Positions 27,401 through 41,425 of a stretch of DNA of 64,000 bases are shown piece after piece. This DNA comes from the human T2T-CHM13v2.0 reference genome, Homo sapiens. The stretch lies in NCBI RefSeq assembly GCF_009914755.1, contig NC_060929.1; one strand, 5' to 3'. Each line of letters opens with the position of its first letter. The stretch's first letter is position 1. Made by a program: the position numbers and the translations under genes. The notes below the pieces were generated by a model that saw nothing but the letters and a program-made list of their open reading frames with translations, was not told where the DNA came from and ran no database searches.

Positions 27401-29662
27401 GAATCAATGCCCCATCAGCAGGTGCTAGGTACACCAGAGGCCTAAGGTGGACATGACAATGTGATCATGGGATAGAGTTGTCTACCTGTTTCTCTGAGTT
27501 CTGGATGAAATGAGACGCAGTGAGATGCTGTCTGTTCTCCAAGACTGAAAATTCAATCTTTGGTCAACTATTTCAATGCACATCAGAAGTATTTAATAGG
27601 CCACTTGGCTTTTCTATAGTCCTGGTGATAATTCCTTTGCAGAAACATCCACAGCATAGAAGTTGTTAACACCAAACTAAATTTTTTGTTAATAAGAGAT
27701 CACCCCAAGTGACCAATTTAATTTTTTAAAATGTGCATTCCAAAGGGTGCCTCACACGGGAAGGGGTTTGTTTTTTGCTTTTTTTAAAAAAAACAAAACA
27801 AAACACTAATTAACATCAGTATCTCCATGTGCTGCTCACAATTAGCATGCAGAAAAGCCAGCACCAATTAACAAAACAACATGCCAACAAACACACAGCA
27901 TAGACGAGGCACATTCAGAAAGCACAGGGCAGGATGTTTTGGACTCTGGCCCTGAAAAAACGTCTGTTTTAGTCTCCCTCAGCACTGCTTTTGTTTTCAT
28001 TTTTTTCAATTAAGCCCTTTAAATACACACTTGTACCAAATAAACAGGGAGGGTGGGAGGGCAAACATTTCAATAATCTGAATTTTTTGCCTTAAGCCTA
28101 AGTAGGGCTTACAAACTAAAGCAGATTTCTGATTGTGCCATTGGGTTGTTTCTTTGCCATCCACCTGGTGCTATTATATCCAATTCATTGATAGAGATTT
28201 TATGCCATTTTCTTCTGAGATTCCTTTTTCTCCTTCATTAATCACTAAAGTAGTGAATAGTAGCTGATCCAATGAGAAAGACAATACGGAGGAACAGAAA
28301 ACAAGTGACTGCCCTGAAGTTCAGACTTTGGCTGCCTCTAACTTCATCTTCCCTCTGGTCGTTTTCACTTTCATGTGCCAAACAAAGACTTTTTAAAGTA
28401 TTTTAAAACATGTTCCCTTAAGGGTTTGCTTTCAAAATGAAGTCTTGCTTTAAACATCTCTTTTGTGCATGCTCTGCAGGATGGCTGGACAATTTCCAAT
28501 GCTGCCTCAGCCTGTAGACTCTCTGTTATATTTTCGTTTTAACAATTTCCATCCCAAACACACTACAGCAGCAGCTGACATATAAAAACTTCAGTAAGGT
28601 GTAGTTTTAAGGAGAGTAGCCGTGGGCAGAGCTTTGATTCTTTATCTCCTAGCGACAGACAAACAGGTCCACAGAAAGTCACCACACACCCGTGAACCAG
28701 GTGGAACAAAAACATCAGATTCAAAGGCTACTTGCACTTTAGAAATGGGTCTTTTTCTGTCTGTTTTTCTTTTCAGTTCCTAGTCTGTGCACTACCTGCT
28801 TTGGCCATTACTGGGACTACTTGTTGCATTTCCCATAATATGTTTTCCTTAGTCTCAAAAGCAGAAAGCACTGAAGGACAATTTCTCTGTGGCATCTCAC
28901 CCAACTCCAGGGTTTATCTGTGCTTAGTCAATCAGAAGTTTGACCTTGGTGGGTTTCACACATAATTCTTGTATTTTTCCTCCCTTGAAGATTTTCAATT
29001 AGTTTTTTCTATAATTTTAAGATATATCCCTTTTCTTTTCTAAGAGTCAAGTACAAAACAAAGGAGATAAAAAAAGGACATAGAGACACATCATAAATGC
29101 ATTATTTTTCTTAAGAGCTTTATGGAAACATAACACATACCATACAATTCACCGATCTATTCCTACATTCCATATAAATGGAATCATACAATATGTGGTC
29201 CTTTGTAAATGGCTTATTTCACTTAGCATAATATAATGTTTTTAACATTCATCGATGTTGTAGCATGTATCAATATGTCATTCCTTTTTGTGGCAGAATA
29301 TTTCAGTGTATGGATATATCACATTTTGTTTATCCATTCATCAGTTGATTGGCATTAGGGTTGTTTCTACTTTTTGGCCATGATGAAAAATGTTTAGCAG
29401 CATTTAGGAAGATTTATGTACAATTTTTTGGTGGATATATGTTTTCATTTCCTTAAGAATACACCTAAAAGTGGAATTGCTGGATCATATGATAATCTCT
29501 ATGTTTAACCATTTGAAGATCTGTCAGGCTAGTTTGCAAAGCAATTGCATCATTTTACATTCCCACCAGCATTGTATAAGGGTTCTGATTTCTCTACTTC
29601 CTCACCAACATTTTATATTATTTGTCTTTTTTATTATAGCCAACTTAGTGTATGTTAGGTAG

Positions 29663-30338
<676 letters not shown>

Positions 30339-32431
30339 ATTTTTTTTTAATTGGCTTGTCTTTTTATCATTGAGTTGTAATAATTCTTTATATATTCTAG
30401 ACACAAATCCCTTATCAGAGATACGATTTTTAAGCTTTTCTCCCCTTCTGTGAGCTGTCCTTTCCCTTTTTTGTGACATTCGTTGAAGCATAAAAGGTTT
30501 TAATTTTGATTTTGATTTTAGGTTTGGCAACATCACAGATGCATTTTTGTCCAAAGGCTCTCACTGACTTGAAGCAACATAAGGCCAGAAGTTCACGCAG
30601 CAGAATATAAACTTCTGTGAGACTTAATCATACCATTCCTGTGTATCCATATCTTAGCTAAGAATCATTTTAATGATTCCAAAAGAATGGTTAAAAAGTA
30701 CCCATAGTGGTCTTTGAACAAAATCTTATTTCAAGATATTTTACATCTCAGAAGCATAGCTTTCTGCCTCTGAAGCCCATGTTTGAAGTCTGCTAGTAAT
30801 TGTACTTACTCTGCAGAAAAGGAGGACAAATGGAAGATTTCAGACACAGGCCGCAGATGGACATTTGACCATAAGAATCGATCCAAATAAGCTCTGGCTG
30901 CCAAAACTACTGCCATTCAAAACTGTGGGGTTTGTTCAGTTTTAAAGAGACTTCAAAATGAGAGATGCCATTAGAAAAGTGCCACCAAAATTTAATCAAA
31001 AGGTTTGTTTCAAATGTATTTATTTTGTAAGGTTAAGTCTTGTGCAATTTTCTTTAATTTAAATCAATTAAATGAGTTGTACAGATACTAACCAAATAAT
31101 ATAGATTCTCAAAAGCCAAGTTACTAATTTGAGTTTTTTCAGTCATTAGTGCAATTGAGAGCTTTTTCAAAAAAAAAAAAAAGGGGAGAAAAAGGAGAAA
31201 TACATTGAGTGAGTCTAGGGTATGTGGTAAGCCAGGAATGGGCCATTATACTCAAAAGGTGTCTCTCTGTAAGCAGATCAATTCTCACATCATTTATTTT
31301 GTTAAGGGGAATATAGTGGAGCCAGGTAGGGCTATAACCATTTGTTCTGCTGCATGGCCACAATATATCCTTTTGTTTTCTCCCTGTCAGGACTGCCTCA
31401 ATCATGTAATAACCATACCTAAAAGTGACCACTCACAGCTTCACTGGATAAATTAAGCCTGCCAGGGAAACAGGGATTAATGTATGCTCACTATGCTGGT
31501 AGAAACAGACAATTCAATGTTTTTGGAAGGCTGATCCCCCAAAATTCCTAAACATTTCTTCTGTCAATGGCAAAGATTTCTAAAACAAACAAACAAACAA
31601 AAACAAACAAACAAAAAAACTACATCTAACATCACCAGCAAAATGTGTTTAATTAGATTGGGGTTTTGTTTTCCAGATCCTTCCTAAACAAAAATTCCCC
31701 TTCTCCACAACCAAGAAAAAATAATTAAAACAGATAAATCAAAGCTCTCTGCTCAGTTCTATATCTTCCAAAATATAGTCCATGGGGAACATTGCAGGGG
31801 AAGAAAGGAGAACTTTCACTAGAATTACGAATGTGACATTGAGCAGCATTTTTTACTTTCCAACATAAACTTTGGAAGATTATGTCTTAACATCTTGACC
31901 ATGTTCACAAGAAAATATCATGTTTGTTGGCAGAACAAAATTGCTACATTACAGTAATAACATCTTAGGTTCATACAACTCTGCTACACTTCAAATGCAT
32001 TTGATAATATTGTCTTTTCCATGTGCCCGAGACCCCAGAAGGAAGGGGTCTTCACAGACCCTGAGGTGAAACACAGAATAACTTAACACAAGTAATTTGT
32101 GGCTCTGACTGTTGTATTCTTGCTTCTAGGCTTTCTGACTTCTGGACCTTCTCCTTCCCTGCTGCTTTTCCCCTCCTACCTCAAAATCTGGGTAAAGCAT
32201 CCAGGAGAATAGTCTCTCTGCTCCATAGACTGTAGTTCTTGTCATCCCCCAAATGATCTTTTCCTTGTATAGTGGCTCAGGTGTGACAATTTGCAATAGA
32301 CTAGGAACCACCTACTGCAAGTCATTTTTCTCAGAGATTTAAAAAGCTCGCCAAACTCTCAAGGTTGCTGTTTACACCTCTGTAGCTGTTAGCCAGAGGC
32401 TCCAGAGAAAAGCACTCAACAACTGCCCCCC

Positions 32432-32433
<2 letters not shown>

Positions 32434-32481
<48 letters not shown>

Positions 32482-32482
32482 A
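32434..32482. repeat. (CA)n microsatellite
   Basis: Long CA run with one interruption. Confidence 0.98.
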
Positions 32483-32799
32483 CCATTGCTTTCTACTGTC
32501 CTGCCCATAAATGGCCCCTCTTCCAGAATCACATCTCATTTCTTTCTTTTCTGGATCATATCTAGACATACGTGGGAGTTCTGGCAGGAACTGGCCAGAG
32601 TTGTCCCTGGGCCAGGAGGAGAGAGTCTGGAGTTTGTGTAAGCCTTCCATTTGCTATGTCATCTCCCAGGAAGAAAATCCCTTCACATACATGCTATCCT
32701 CAGTCCTCCAGGCTCAGTGGAGCTTCCATAATCACAGGTCCACCTGCCCAGAACCCAACCCAACTAACACAACCAGTGAAACTATGTAATGAGCTATAG

Positions 32800-33040
32800 A
32801 ATGGGCATGAGCTATGGAGTCAGACAGACCCAGGCATGAGTCCTGGCTGTAGCATGATTAGCTGGCCTTCAGCAAATCGCATAACCTCCAGAGGCCTAGA
32901 TGACCTCATGTAAAAAATAGCAATAAGACTTACACAGGTTGCAGTGAGGACTAATGAAGACAATAGATGTAAAGTCCTGAATACAGGACCTCGTACTGAG
33001 GACTGGCATGTGGGGAGCACCGAGTGAATTGTTGTGATAA
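32800..33040 (+). mobile_element. MIR SINE
   Basis: 'ggagtcagacagacccagg...cctcatgtaaaaaatagcaataag...gttgcagtgaggactaatga...tgtaaagt'. Confidence 0.75.
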
Positions 33041-33294
33041 GACAATTAATAATCAGTGAACGGTCTCCAAGGCCATTGCAAATACTTAAGGCTGTGCTTA
33101 CCCTAGACCCACCCATGGCTGTGGAGCACCCCAGAAATGTTACATATCTGAGATCTCTTCAATTTCAGGAAAATGCCCAAGGTTAGAATCCAATCATTTC
33201 AATTATGTGAATGGTGGCAGCATACCCTAACTAGGACCACCCTACTAAACTCTTAAAAGTTGAGTGAGCAAACCTAGACATATACTCCCTTTTA

Positions 33295-33480
33295 TTTCAA
33301 GAAGCACTTATTGAGCACCTACTGGGTGTAAGTCATCATGCTTTAGTGCTTCTGGGAAAACCAGATTGGGTAAGTACCTTTGCTATTTTCAACGAATTAC
33401 AACCTACTAAAAGAGTTATACATAGTTATACACAGTGATGACAGGCAAAATACAATCCAAGATGATACATTTACAGAGTG
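33295..33480 (-). mobile_element. L2 3' fragment
   Basis: 'ttcaagaagcacttattgagcacctactg'. Confidence 0.6.
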
Positions 33481-34399
33481 AAATGTATGCCTGTGAAAGC
33501 ACAGCCCTCCCATGGGCTTTGCACAGGCTCCCCAAGCACTAACACCCAGTGGATATGCTTCAGGCCCAGAATTAAAGCACACCAAAGAAGAGCCACAAGA
33601 ATAGATCCCTTTGGATAGAGAGATTGACAACTCTTGTTCCTCAGCCCCAGACCATGCCTTCTGAACTTTCTGGTCTCCAAGCATGAGTGGGATGTGGTAC
33701 AGCTATCAAATGTTTGTGTTATTTACACATGTGTTTCTTCTGTCTACCAGAGCTCAGAAGGGCCCTGAGACAGAAAGCCAAGCCGTTTCCCTTTGTAGCT
33801 CTGAATCTTTCTGTGCTTGACAGGTCCCTCCTCCAGGGGCCTATAGTCCTCGCAAGAATGGCCAAGATGTCCTCTTCCGACAAAGGAGGAGTTTGCACAT
33901 TTTCTAGAAAGTCCAAGTATTTTATGAAGCAACAAAACAAAAGCTGAGAGTCACAAGGTCATCCAAGGGTATGGACAGAAACTGTGGGGCATATGAACCC
34001 ATTTGAACACCAGCCAGGCAACGAGAAAATCCTGACTGATAGTGTCCTGTGGAGCCTCAGCTCCTTCCTATCTGCCTGCAAGGGAGTTGGCTCTTCTTTC
34101 TCTGCTCCTGGTGAGGCTGCAAATGCCAGCCCCAATCTGGATAGGAGGCTCAACTCAGTTAGTGCCCAGGTTAGAAAAAGCAGCAAGCAGCTCCTCTCTG
34201 GCCTGCTGAGGTGTTCACAGAGGGGGCCCAAGTCTAGAGAGCAGCATCTGGTACCTTCTCATTAGTCACTCCTAGCTCGCAGCCTCAGGATCCACATCCA
34301 CTAGCCTGGAAAACTCCTCCAATTACACAGCTGGTGGCCTTGTCAAAAAATGAAAGCATCTTCACTGGTGTCACCCTCCAGCTCAGAGTTGCCCAGCCA

Positions 34400-35075
34400 A
34401 GCCAAAGCCCCTGCCCCTAACCCCTTCTACACATTGCAGCCAAAGATCTTTCTAAAACAAAGCACTGATCACTTCACTCCCCTGCTTCAACAGCTCCCAT
34501 TTCCCCACCAATTTTCAAAGTAAGATCCAAACTCCCTGCTTCACTGCATGACCTGCCCTCACTCCACTTTCAATTGTCTCCTGCTATACCCCCACCCTTC
34601 TCTATGATGTGTTTTCCATGCTGAATTCCCTCCAGCTTCATAAGCACATTGCTGATATTCTTTTTTGCTCCCCCACCCTTAAGCCTTTGTGCAAATGCCT
34701 TCCTCTGAATATAACCCGCTCTACAGCTCTAACTCCTCATTCTCTTGCACAGCAGAACCCTTTCAGGGCTCAATTTAAATGTCATTTTCTCCGAGAAGCC
34801 ATCTTTATCTGCTCCACTTCCAAAGACTAAGTAAGCTATCCCTCATTCGAGTTTCCAAAGCACTTTATACTTCCCATAGATTATTGTGCATTGCATTATA
34901 TTATGCTTGCTATTTATTTTATTAATTATTGCTCCTCACTCTCCACATACACATTGTATTTTGAGGTCCTTGGAAGTACGACTGTGCTATTCACCATTAT
35001 AGACTTCTCTTTTAACCTAGCATAGTGCTTGACAAATAAGTATGTAGCCTTAAATATCTATCAGATGAATGTATG
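34400..35075 (+). mobile_element. L2 3' region
   Basis: 'gatctttctaaaacaaagcactgatcacttcactcccctgctt', 'ctcaatttaaatgtca', ending 'cctagcatagtgcttgaca...atgaatg'. Confidence 0.8.
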
Positions 35076-35119
35076 ACAGCTAAGTGAATCAGCATCAAAA
35101 ATGAGTAAAGAACTTTCCT

Positions 35120-35275
35120 ATAACTAAGTTTTAGATCAAGAAGATATCTAATAAAGCATCCAATTCGACCCTCTTGCCTTTAGAGATAAAGGAATTGGAG
35201 TCCAGAGAAGGTAAGTGATAGTTTGGTTGGCAATTGAAATCCCAGCCTGAGTGAAAAACTCATGTCCCTAAATTC
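35120..35275 (-). mobile_element. MIR/MIR3 fragment
   Basis: 'tttagagataaaggaattggagtccagagaaggtaagtga'. Confidence 0.55.
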
Positions 35276-35711
35276 CCCTGCAAGAGCTCATGCAGACACC
35301 AAAAACTTAAAGAATCTATCATTAATAGGATAATTTTTTATTTCATGATAGGATCCTTAAGCTCTATCCTCAAATCAGACCAAAATTCAGTAGCACAGTG
35401 GTAGTGTTTTCTCTAGGAGAAACCTCATCTTGAACCTATTCTGCTCGGTATATAATATTGCATAGACACACGCTCTAAGGAGTCCATGTAATTCTTTCAA
35501 GTTCTTCTTGCTCCATGTTGAAAGAATGGACAAGGAGCATCAGGCTGTTATGCCATCATAGTACCCTCAAAACCCCTTTATATTTTAACATACTAAAGAG
35601 TAGCAAGAGAAATCTTTGGCTTTCCCTCTAAGTTCTATTGTAGGATTTATTGAGTAATTTGTGACAAGTTGATTTGTGACTATTATCTGTAGGACAATAA
35701 CAAATTCCTAA

Positions 35712-36059
<348 letters not shown>

Positions 36060-37899
36060 GAGATTTATTTTAATTGTATGTTATAATCCAAATTGCTGCA
36101 AATTCTTTAAATTGAGTGGATTGTATTTTACAAATAATTCATCTGGAAGCTGAATTCAACTCCCAGATTCTTTCGCAGTTGCAGTGACCTGAGAGCAGAG
36201 GGAGGTAAGTGCCCCTGATACTAGGCAGTGGGTGAACAATCAGAGGCCCCTGATTGTTAGGCACTAGCTGGTTGAGTGACAGAATGAGTAATATTATGCT
36301 GCTCTCTGGATTCAGCAGGAAGTCAGAAGTTATTGCCCTTAATAGTGTTCTGTAGGATTCCATTGAGCCAACTCCCATCCTCTTGTATTGACAAGAATGA
36401 GAGTTAAAATTCATTATCAATTTTTTTTAAAAGTTCCACCTTTCAAAATAATCTCTTTTTGAGAGTTTTCCTGAGTTCAGAAGAACCCTACTTCCACTCC
36501 TTTGGCTCTCTTGCTCCCTAGCAAGGGGCTACAGCATTGTCCATCCCTTTTGGCCCAGTTGCAGGCAAACGGAAGTTTTTTGCCTTCCATCATCAAAGTA
36601 CCCATGGTCACTTGGAAAACAGCTTCCCTTAGGAGACAACAACACTGGAAATGCTTAGAAATGTCCTGCTCCTAAACTAACTTCTTTTGTTTTAAACTTC
36701 TTTTGTTTAAAACATTTTTTTGTTTTAAAATCTAAAATAGGATTCACTTACAGATGAGGCAATTCTCTATTAACCAAAGATATCCTGCTATGTACCCCCT
36801 TCTTTGTGCTGTGGTTTTCATGCTGAATTCCATCCTCATTTGATCACATAGTTCTGTTGGGGCTACCCACAGAAAGACACTGACCCTGCTCCCTGGACTT
36901 TCCCAAGACTAGTTCTACATTGAGGCAGCTCCTCCCATAGTGCCCTCCACCAAAAGGCCACCTGGCTTTCCTGTTCCATGGACAGAACCCACACCGGCTT
37001 TCTTGTTCTGTGAACATGGTCTTTTCTAGGAGCACCTTTATCATAACCAATCAAACATGTCTTCCCTCTGAAATACTCTTCTTAAAAAAAAAACGCAGGA
37101 TGAGGTGTCCCTCACTTAAAATATTACAGATGTCACCTCCCCTTAGGGAATTTTTGCTTCACAACAGGAAACAGAAGTTTCTTTCATACTGATTCTCAAC
37201 TCTCTGTTCTTATTCTTTTGATGTGAAAGAGAATTTTGATAAATTGCCAGCACAAGACTTCTAAAGGCTAAGTTGTATGTTTACATGCTGGTCTCTGTGA
37301 CAAGGACAGTGTACTGTTTATTTCTATACAATTACAGATTCTTTACAATTGCTTAATAAATGCCTGTTGAATGCTGGCTGATTGACCATGCTTAATACGA
37401 AACAGGATATCCTAGAGATGCTTACAACAATATTTGCATAACCAAGTTAGTCATTTACTCCCAGACTCCCACCCAAAGCAGGAATCGCTTTTACAATATC
37501 CTCGCTTCTGTGTGAGTTCTAGTGGCAAGAAGTTTGTTTGCCACTCCCTAGCTCTAGACAACCCAACTGCTTATATTGAGTTGAAAGCAGCTTCCTTGAA
37601 ATTTCCATTTGATTTGGTACAAATTAGGCTTGACATCCACATCTTAAAATCACCTTGGAGGCCAAGCTTGACTTTTGATTTTAGCAGTGGAACACCAGCT
37701 TTCTTTGCTCACCCCAGGAACTTGAATCTGGTAAATGAACACTGGAAAAGGCAACTAGGTAATAAGCTGATCTTCACATACACCTCCCTAAGATATGAGA
37801 GCCATTGATGTTGCAAGGGCCATGACAGAAGGACATTCCTCTTGATTTTGAATCCTAATGTGGCTAACATCTTACCAAGTTTTTTTAAAACATTTGGCC

Positions 37900-39160
37900 A
37901 TTCATTCTCAAACATCTTTGAAACGCCTACTAAACACCAGGCACTGAGGTAGGTACTATGCATACAGAGATTAAAAACACAGTCAAAGCTTTCAATAAAA
38001 TCACATTCTAGCTTGAAAAAAAAGTAAAACAATAAAATCAAAACTATGTAATATCCACAGACACAGAGTTCTAGTTCTATAGAGAAATCTTTAATTCAGC
38101 CAACAAAGGTCATAGAAGGCTTCCCCAAAGTGGAAATGTTTGACCTGATTCACTGTATGACAGAGTAAAATCTAGCCAGCCAAAGAAGAGGAACAGTAAT
38201 TGAAGCAAAAGGATCAACCTATGCAACAGCATGGAGAATACAGGACTAAAACATGCCCAGGCTTAAAGATATTCTGATGTTCCTGGAGTGTATGTTGAAA
38301 TGAGGGACTGACAAAGAGGTGAAGCTAGACGCAAATGCTGGGGCCTGATTACCAATGACCTAATATGCCATACTAAGAAGTTTGGCCTTTATCCTCTAAA
38401 ATAGAGTCATTGAGAACTTTGGGACGTATAGTAGCCATATGATATTTGCATTTTGGAAAGATCACTCTGCTGGTATGGTAGAAAGAAGATAGGAGGAGGC
38501 AAGAGTAAGCCAAGGAGAAAGAAGGAGTAGGTTGAGATGACCTAGAATAGAATGAAGAAAGCAGCCGTGGAAATAGGGAGAAAGGGACTGATTTAGGACA
38601 CAAAAAAGGACAATCAATAGGACACAGTAGACTTTTGGACATGGGTTGAGAGAGAAGAGGAGTCCAGGGTGATTCTAAGATTTCTAGCTTATGTGACCAG
38701 ATGGAGACAAGCACATTCACCACATTGCCTTTGTTAGTGTTGCACATGGACCGCAGACATCAGAATCACTAGAGATATGTGCAAACAATGTCAATTCCTT
38801 GCCCCATTCTAGAACTTAATGAGTCAGAATTTACACATGCTGAAGTTTGATACCCACTGCAGAAAACAGAAAGAAGAGTAGGTGAGACAGTAAGGCAGGT
38901 AATAAGCTTAGTTTAAAGCCTGTTGATTTTGAGAAGCCAAAGGAACATCCAAAGGGATGGGTTCTACCAGCAGAGAGTATATAGGACTCCAGGTCAGGGG
39001 ACACATGCAATCTGAGGTTGTCTTCTTTAAGAGTCAACACCTTTAAGAGATAGCTACAGATTTTAAATAAAATCATCCTGAGAGGGAATAGAAAGGAAGC
39101 AAGAACAAAAAGTCCAAGACTAATCCTGGGAACACTGAAAAGTAGAACAGGAAACATGGC
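37900..39160 (-). mobile_element. L2 element interrupted by MER5A
   Basis: 'ggaaagatcactctgctgg', 'gaggagtccagggtgattctaagatttctagctt', 'cattctagc'. Confidence 0.75.
38735..38861. mobile_element. MER5A-like hAT DNA transposon
   Basis: 'tggaccgcagacatcagaatcact...aatgagtcagaat...gctgaagtttgatacccactg'. Confidence 0.65.
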
Positions 39161-40214
39161 AGGTAATAGTACAAAAAGTACAGAGTTCAGCCCTGGCTTT
39201 CAGTAAACCAGCTGAGATGGGACCTAGAGTAAGCATAGTTTTTCTGAAGATGAGATTTAGTGCAAGTGTAGCTTTTCTGCTGATTCTAATCCATTATGTC
39301 TCTTAAGAGGAGAAGAGAAGGACAGTATATCAGACGCTGCCAGTCAAATCTGTAGTGAGAGGTTTATAAGCTTTAGCCATTAATTGTTCAGGTTGTTTTC
39401 TACCTAATTACCCCCAAAACAAGAACACTTTGGTTCCTACAAAGGAATGTACAGTAGCCAATGGTATGGTTGTATGCACCCAAGCATTATGGACACCTCT
39501 TAGAACTCAGATTGGTCCAGAAATGTGAGAAGGAGTGACAGAAAAAGCAGGATGATATAACTGTTGCTTACATGCTCTCTCTGATAGTCAAGGGCTAGAG
39601 CAGTCACTCGATCCTGGGATCCATAAGACATAGGCCAACCTGCAATTGCTAAGAGAAAATTGCGACAAGGAACTCTTTTTCAAAAACAGGCATCAGGAAC
39701 TAGTTCTGCCAATCTATTTGAGGTGACTTCTCCAATTCAGGGAGGGCAATGTGACCCCTTATGGTCCCTCAGTGGTAAGGATAGAGAAATGCTTTTCATT
39801 CAAATATTTAAACTAACCCCAGCTATGCAAAGTTAAAACAGCAAACCTAACACAGTGGAGTTGAGCATCCAAAACTTTTTCTCACAGTCAATAAAACTCA
39901 TTGTATATGAAAATTCAGACAATTTCTATAGCACATATCAACCACTTTGAAAAAAAATGTATTTACAGAAATTTATTTTTTTATTTACTACTAATGGCCT
40001 TCCCAAATTGTCATTTATGGAAACACTTTTAAGATTTCTATTTGGGCAAACCAGTCCTCCAGGGGTTTTTCCAGCATGACCTTGGAGAACAGGCGAATGC
40101 TAAGTATAGACTGCAGAAAGACAATGACTAGAGTATCTCCAATATCTTGGTCAATATTCACCAGAAATTGGTCAGAAAGTTGGAAACATAAGCTGCCTTT
40201 ACAGTTATGATATC

Positions 40215-40400
40215 AATCTACCTAATAGCTAGTTTGTCAAGCAGTCTGTTCATGTCTCTCAGCATTATCTCTCTGTGCCTCAGTTTCCTCATCCTTAAAA
40301 TATGGATAATAACTATACCTGCCCAAGATGGTTGCTGAGAGAGTTAAATAAAGTAACATATGAATACATAGTAAGTGCTCTATAAAAGTTTGCTCTTATT
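40215..40400 (+). mobile_element. MIR SINE
   Basis: Core 'ctctctgtgcctcagtttcctcatccttaaaatatggataataac'. Confidence 0.8.
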
Positions 40401-40649
40401 TTCATTGTTGAAATCAATAAAGCACCATTTGATCTGAAAATCATGTGGGTTAAAAAAATTATCTTAAGGAAAAACAAGTCCTCGTGGTAAGTACAGCTTT
40501 TTATTTTTCCTTAATTATAAAAGATGCTAAAGTCCAAATGCAGTCTGTTTAATGAGGCTGGTACACTTTGCCTCTTTAGCAATACCTGAATTTAAGCCTA
40601 AATAGATGTCATGGAATTCCATTGAGTGGGGCAGTTTGCTGTGGAGAAC

Positions 40650-40815
40650 AGCAAGGACTTTGGAATAAATATGAGTCTTGGTTCCCTTAATTTTCAGCTT
40701 TAAAAAATTGAGAAGGTTTCTTAACTCTAATCCCCATTTCCTCGTTTGTATAAAAGAAACCATATCATTGACCTGGACAGGTTTTTATAAAGATTTCAAA
40801 TGAGATAATGTAATG
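40650..40815 (+). mobile_element. MIR fragment
   Basis: 'ttcttaactctaatccccatttcctcgtttgtataaa...aaatgagataatg'. Confidence 0.6.
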
Positions 40816-41091
40816 GGTCTCAACTAATGTGTTTCTTTTCCCCTCTCAGTAGCAACACCAAAACTTGTCATGAGGTTTGTCACTTACGGAACATTTGTCT
40901 AAGGTCAAGAGCTAAGAGTTAGCAATGCTGAACTACAGTCCTCACATATCAGCAAATCCACGATTTTTCTTCTTTCCTGTTATTTACTGCATTTAAATCT
41001 TGAAAATCCTAGTAGTGGTGGGGTGGAGGGGGTGAACTTACTATAAAGTTCATTCAAGATTGAGTGCAGAAATGAAGCACAGTGTTTGTGC

Positions 41092-41425
41092 CAGGGATCA
41101 CCAACTCAAATATCTACAGGGATCATCCCGGTAATAGAAATAAGAGAAGCAGCTTGGGCATAACAGTAGGAAAAGATGAGAATGATGGCAAACTCTAAAG
41201 CGAGCAGTGGCAACAACTTGGTTTACCCCAACTGTCTCCATGCAAGGATGCAAGCCCAATGATGCTAGAGCTTTTAGTTTTTGAAGAGAAGCCAGAAGTT
41301 GTTTGTGAAATTTTCTGAATTCTAAACATTAGCATCAAGTTCGATTAAAAACAAACACACCCTATAGGCCAAATAAGAATCATTTGTGCCAAATTCAGTC
41401 CATGGACCATCAGGTTGCAACTTCT
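41092..41425. mobile_element. MER102-like hAT-Charlie DNA transposon
   Basis: Starts 'cagggatcaccaactcaaatatctacaggg', ends 'ggaccatcaggttgcaacttct' (imperfect inverted termini). Confidence 0.65.

Noticed and set aside
36178-36211. Possible plus-strand micro-exon ending gag|gtaagt
   Set aside because: Weak acceptor and no partner exons; expected by chance.
37432-37446. Octamer ATTTGCAT with partial OCT-SOX spacing
   Set aside because: Single motif with a mismatched SOX half; chance occurrence is likely in 64 kb.
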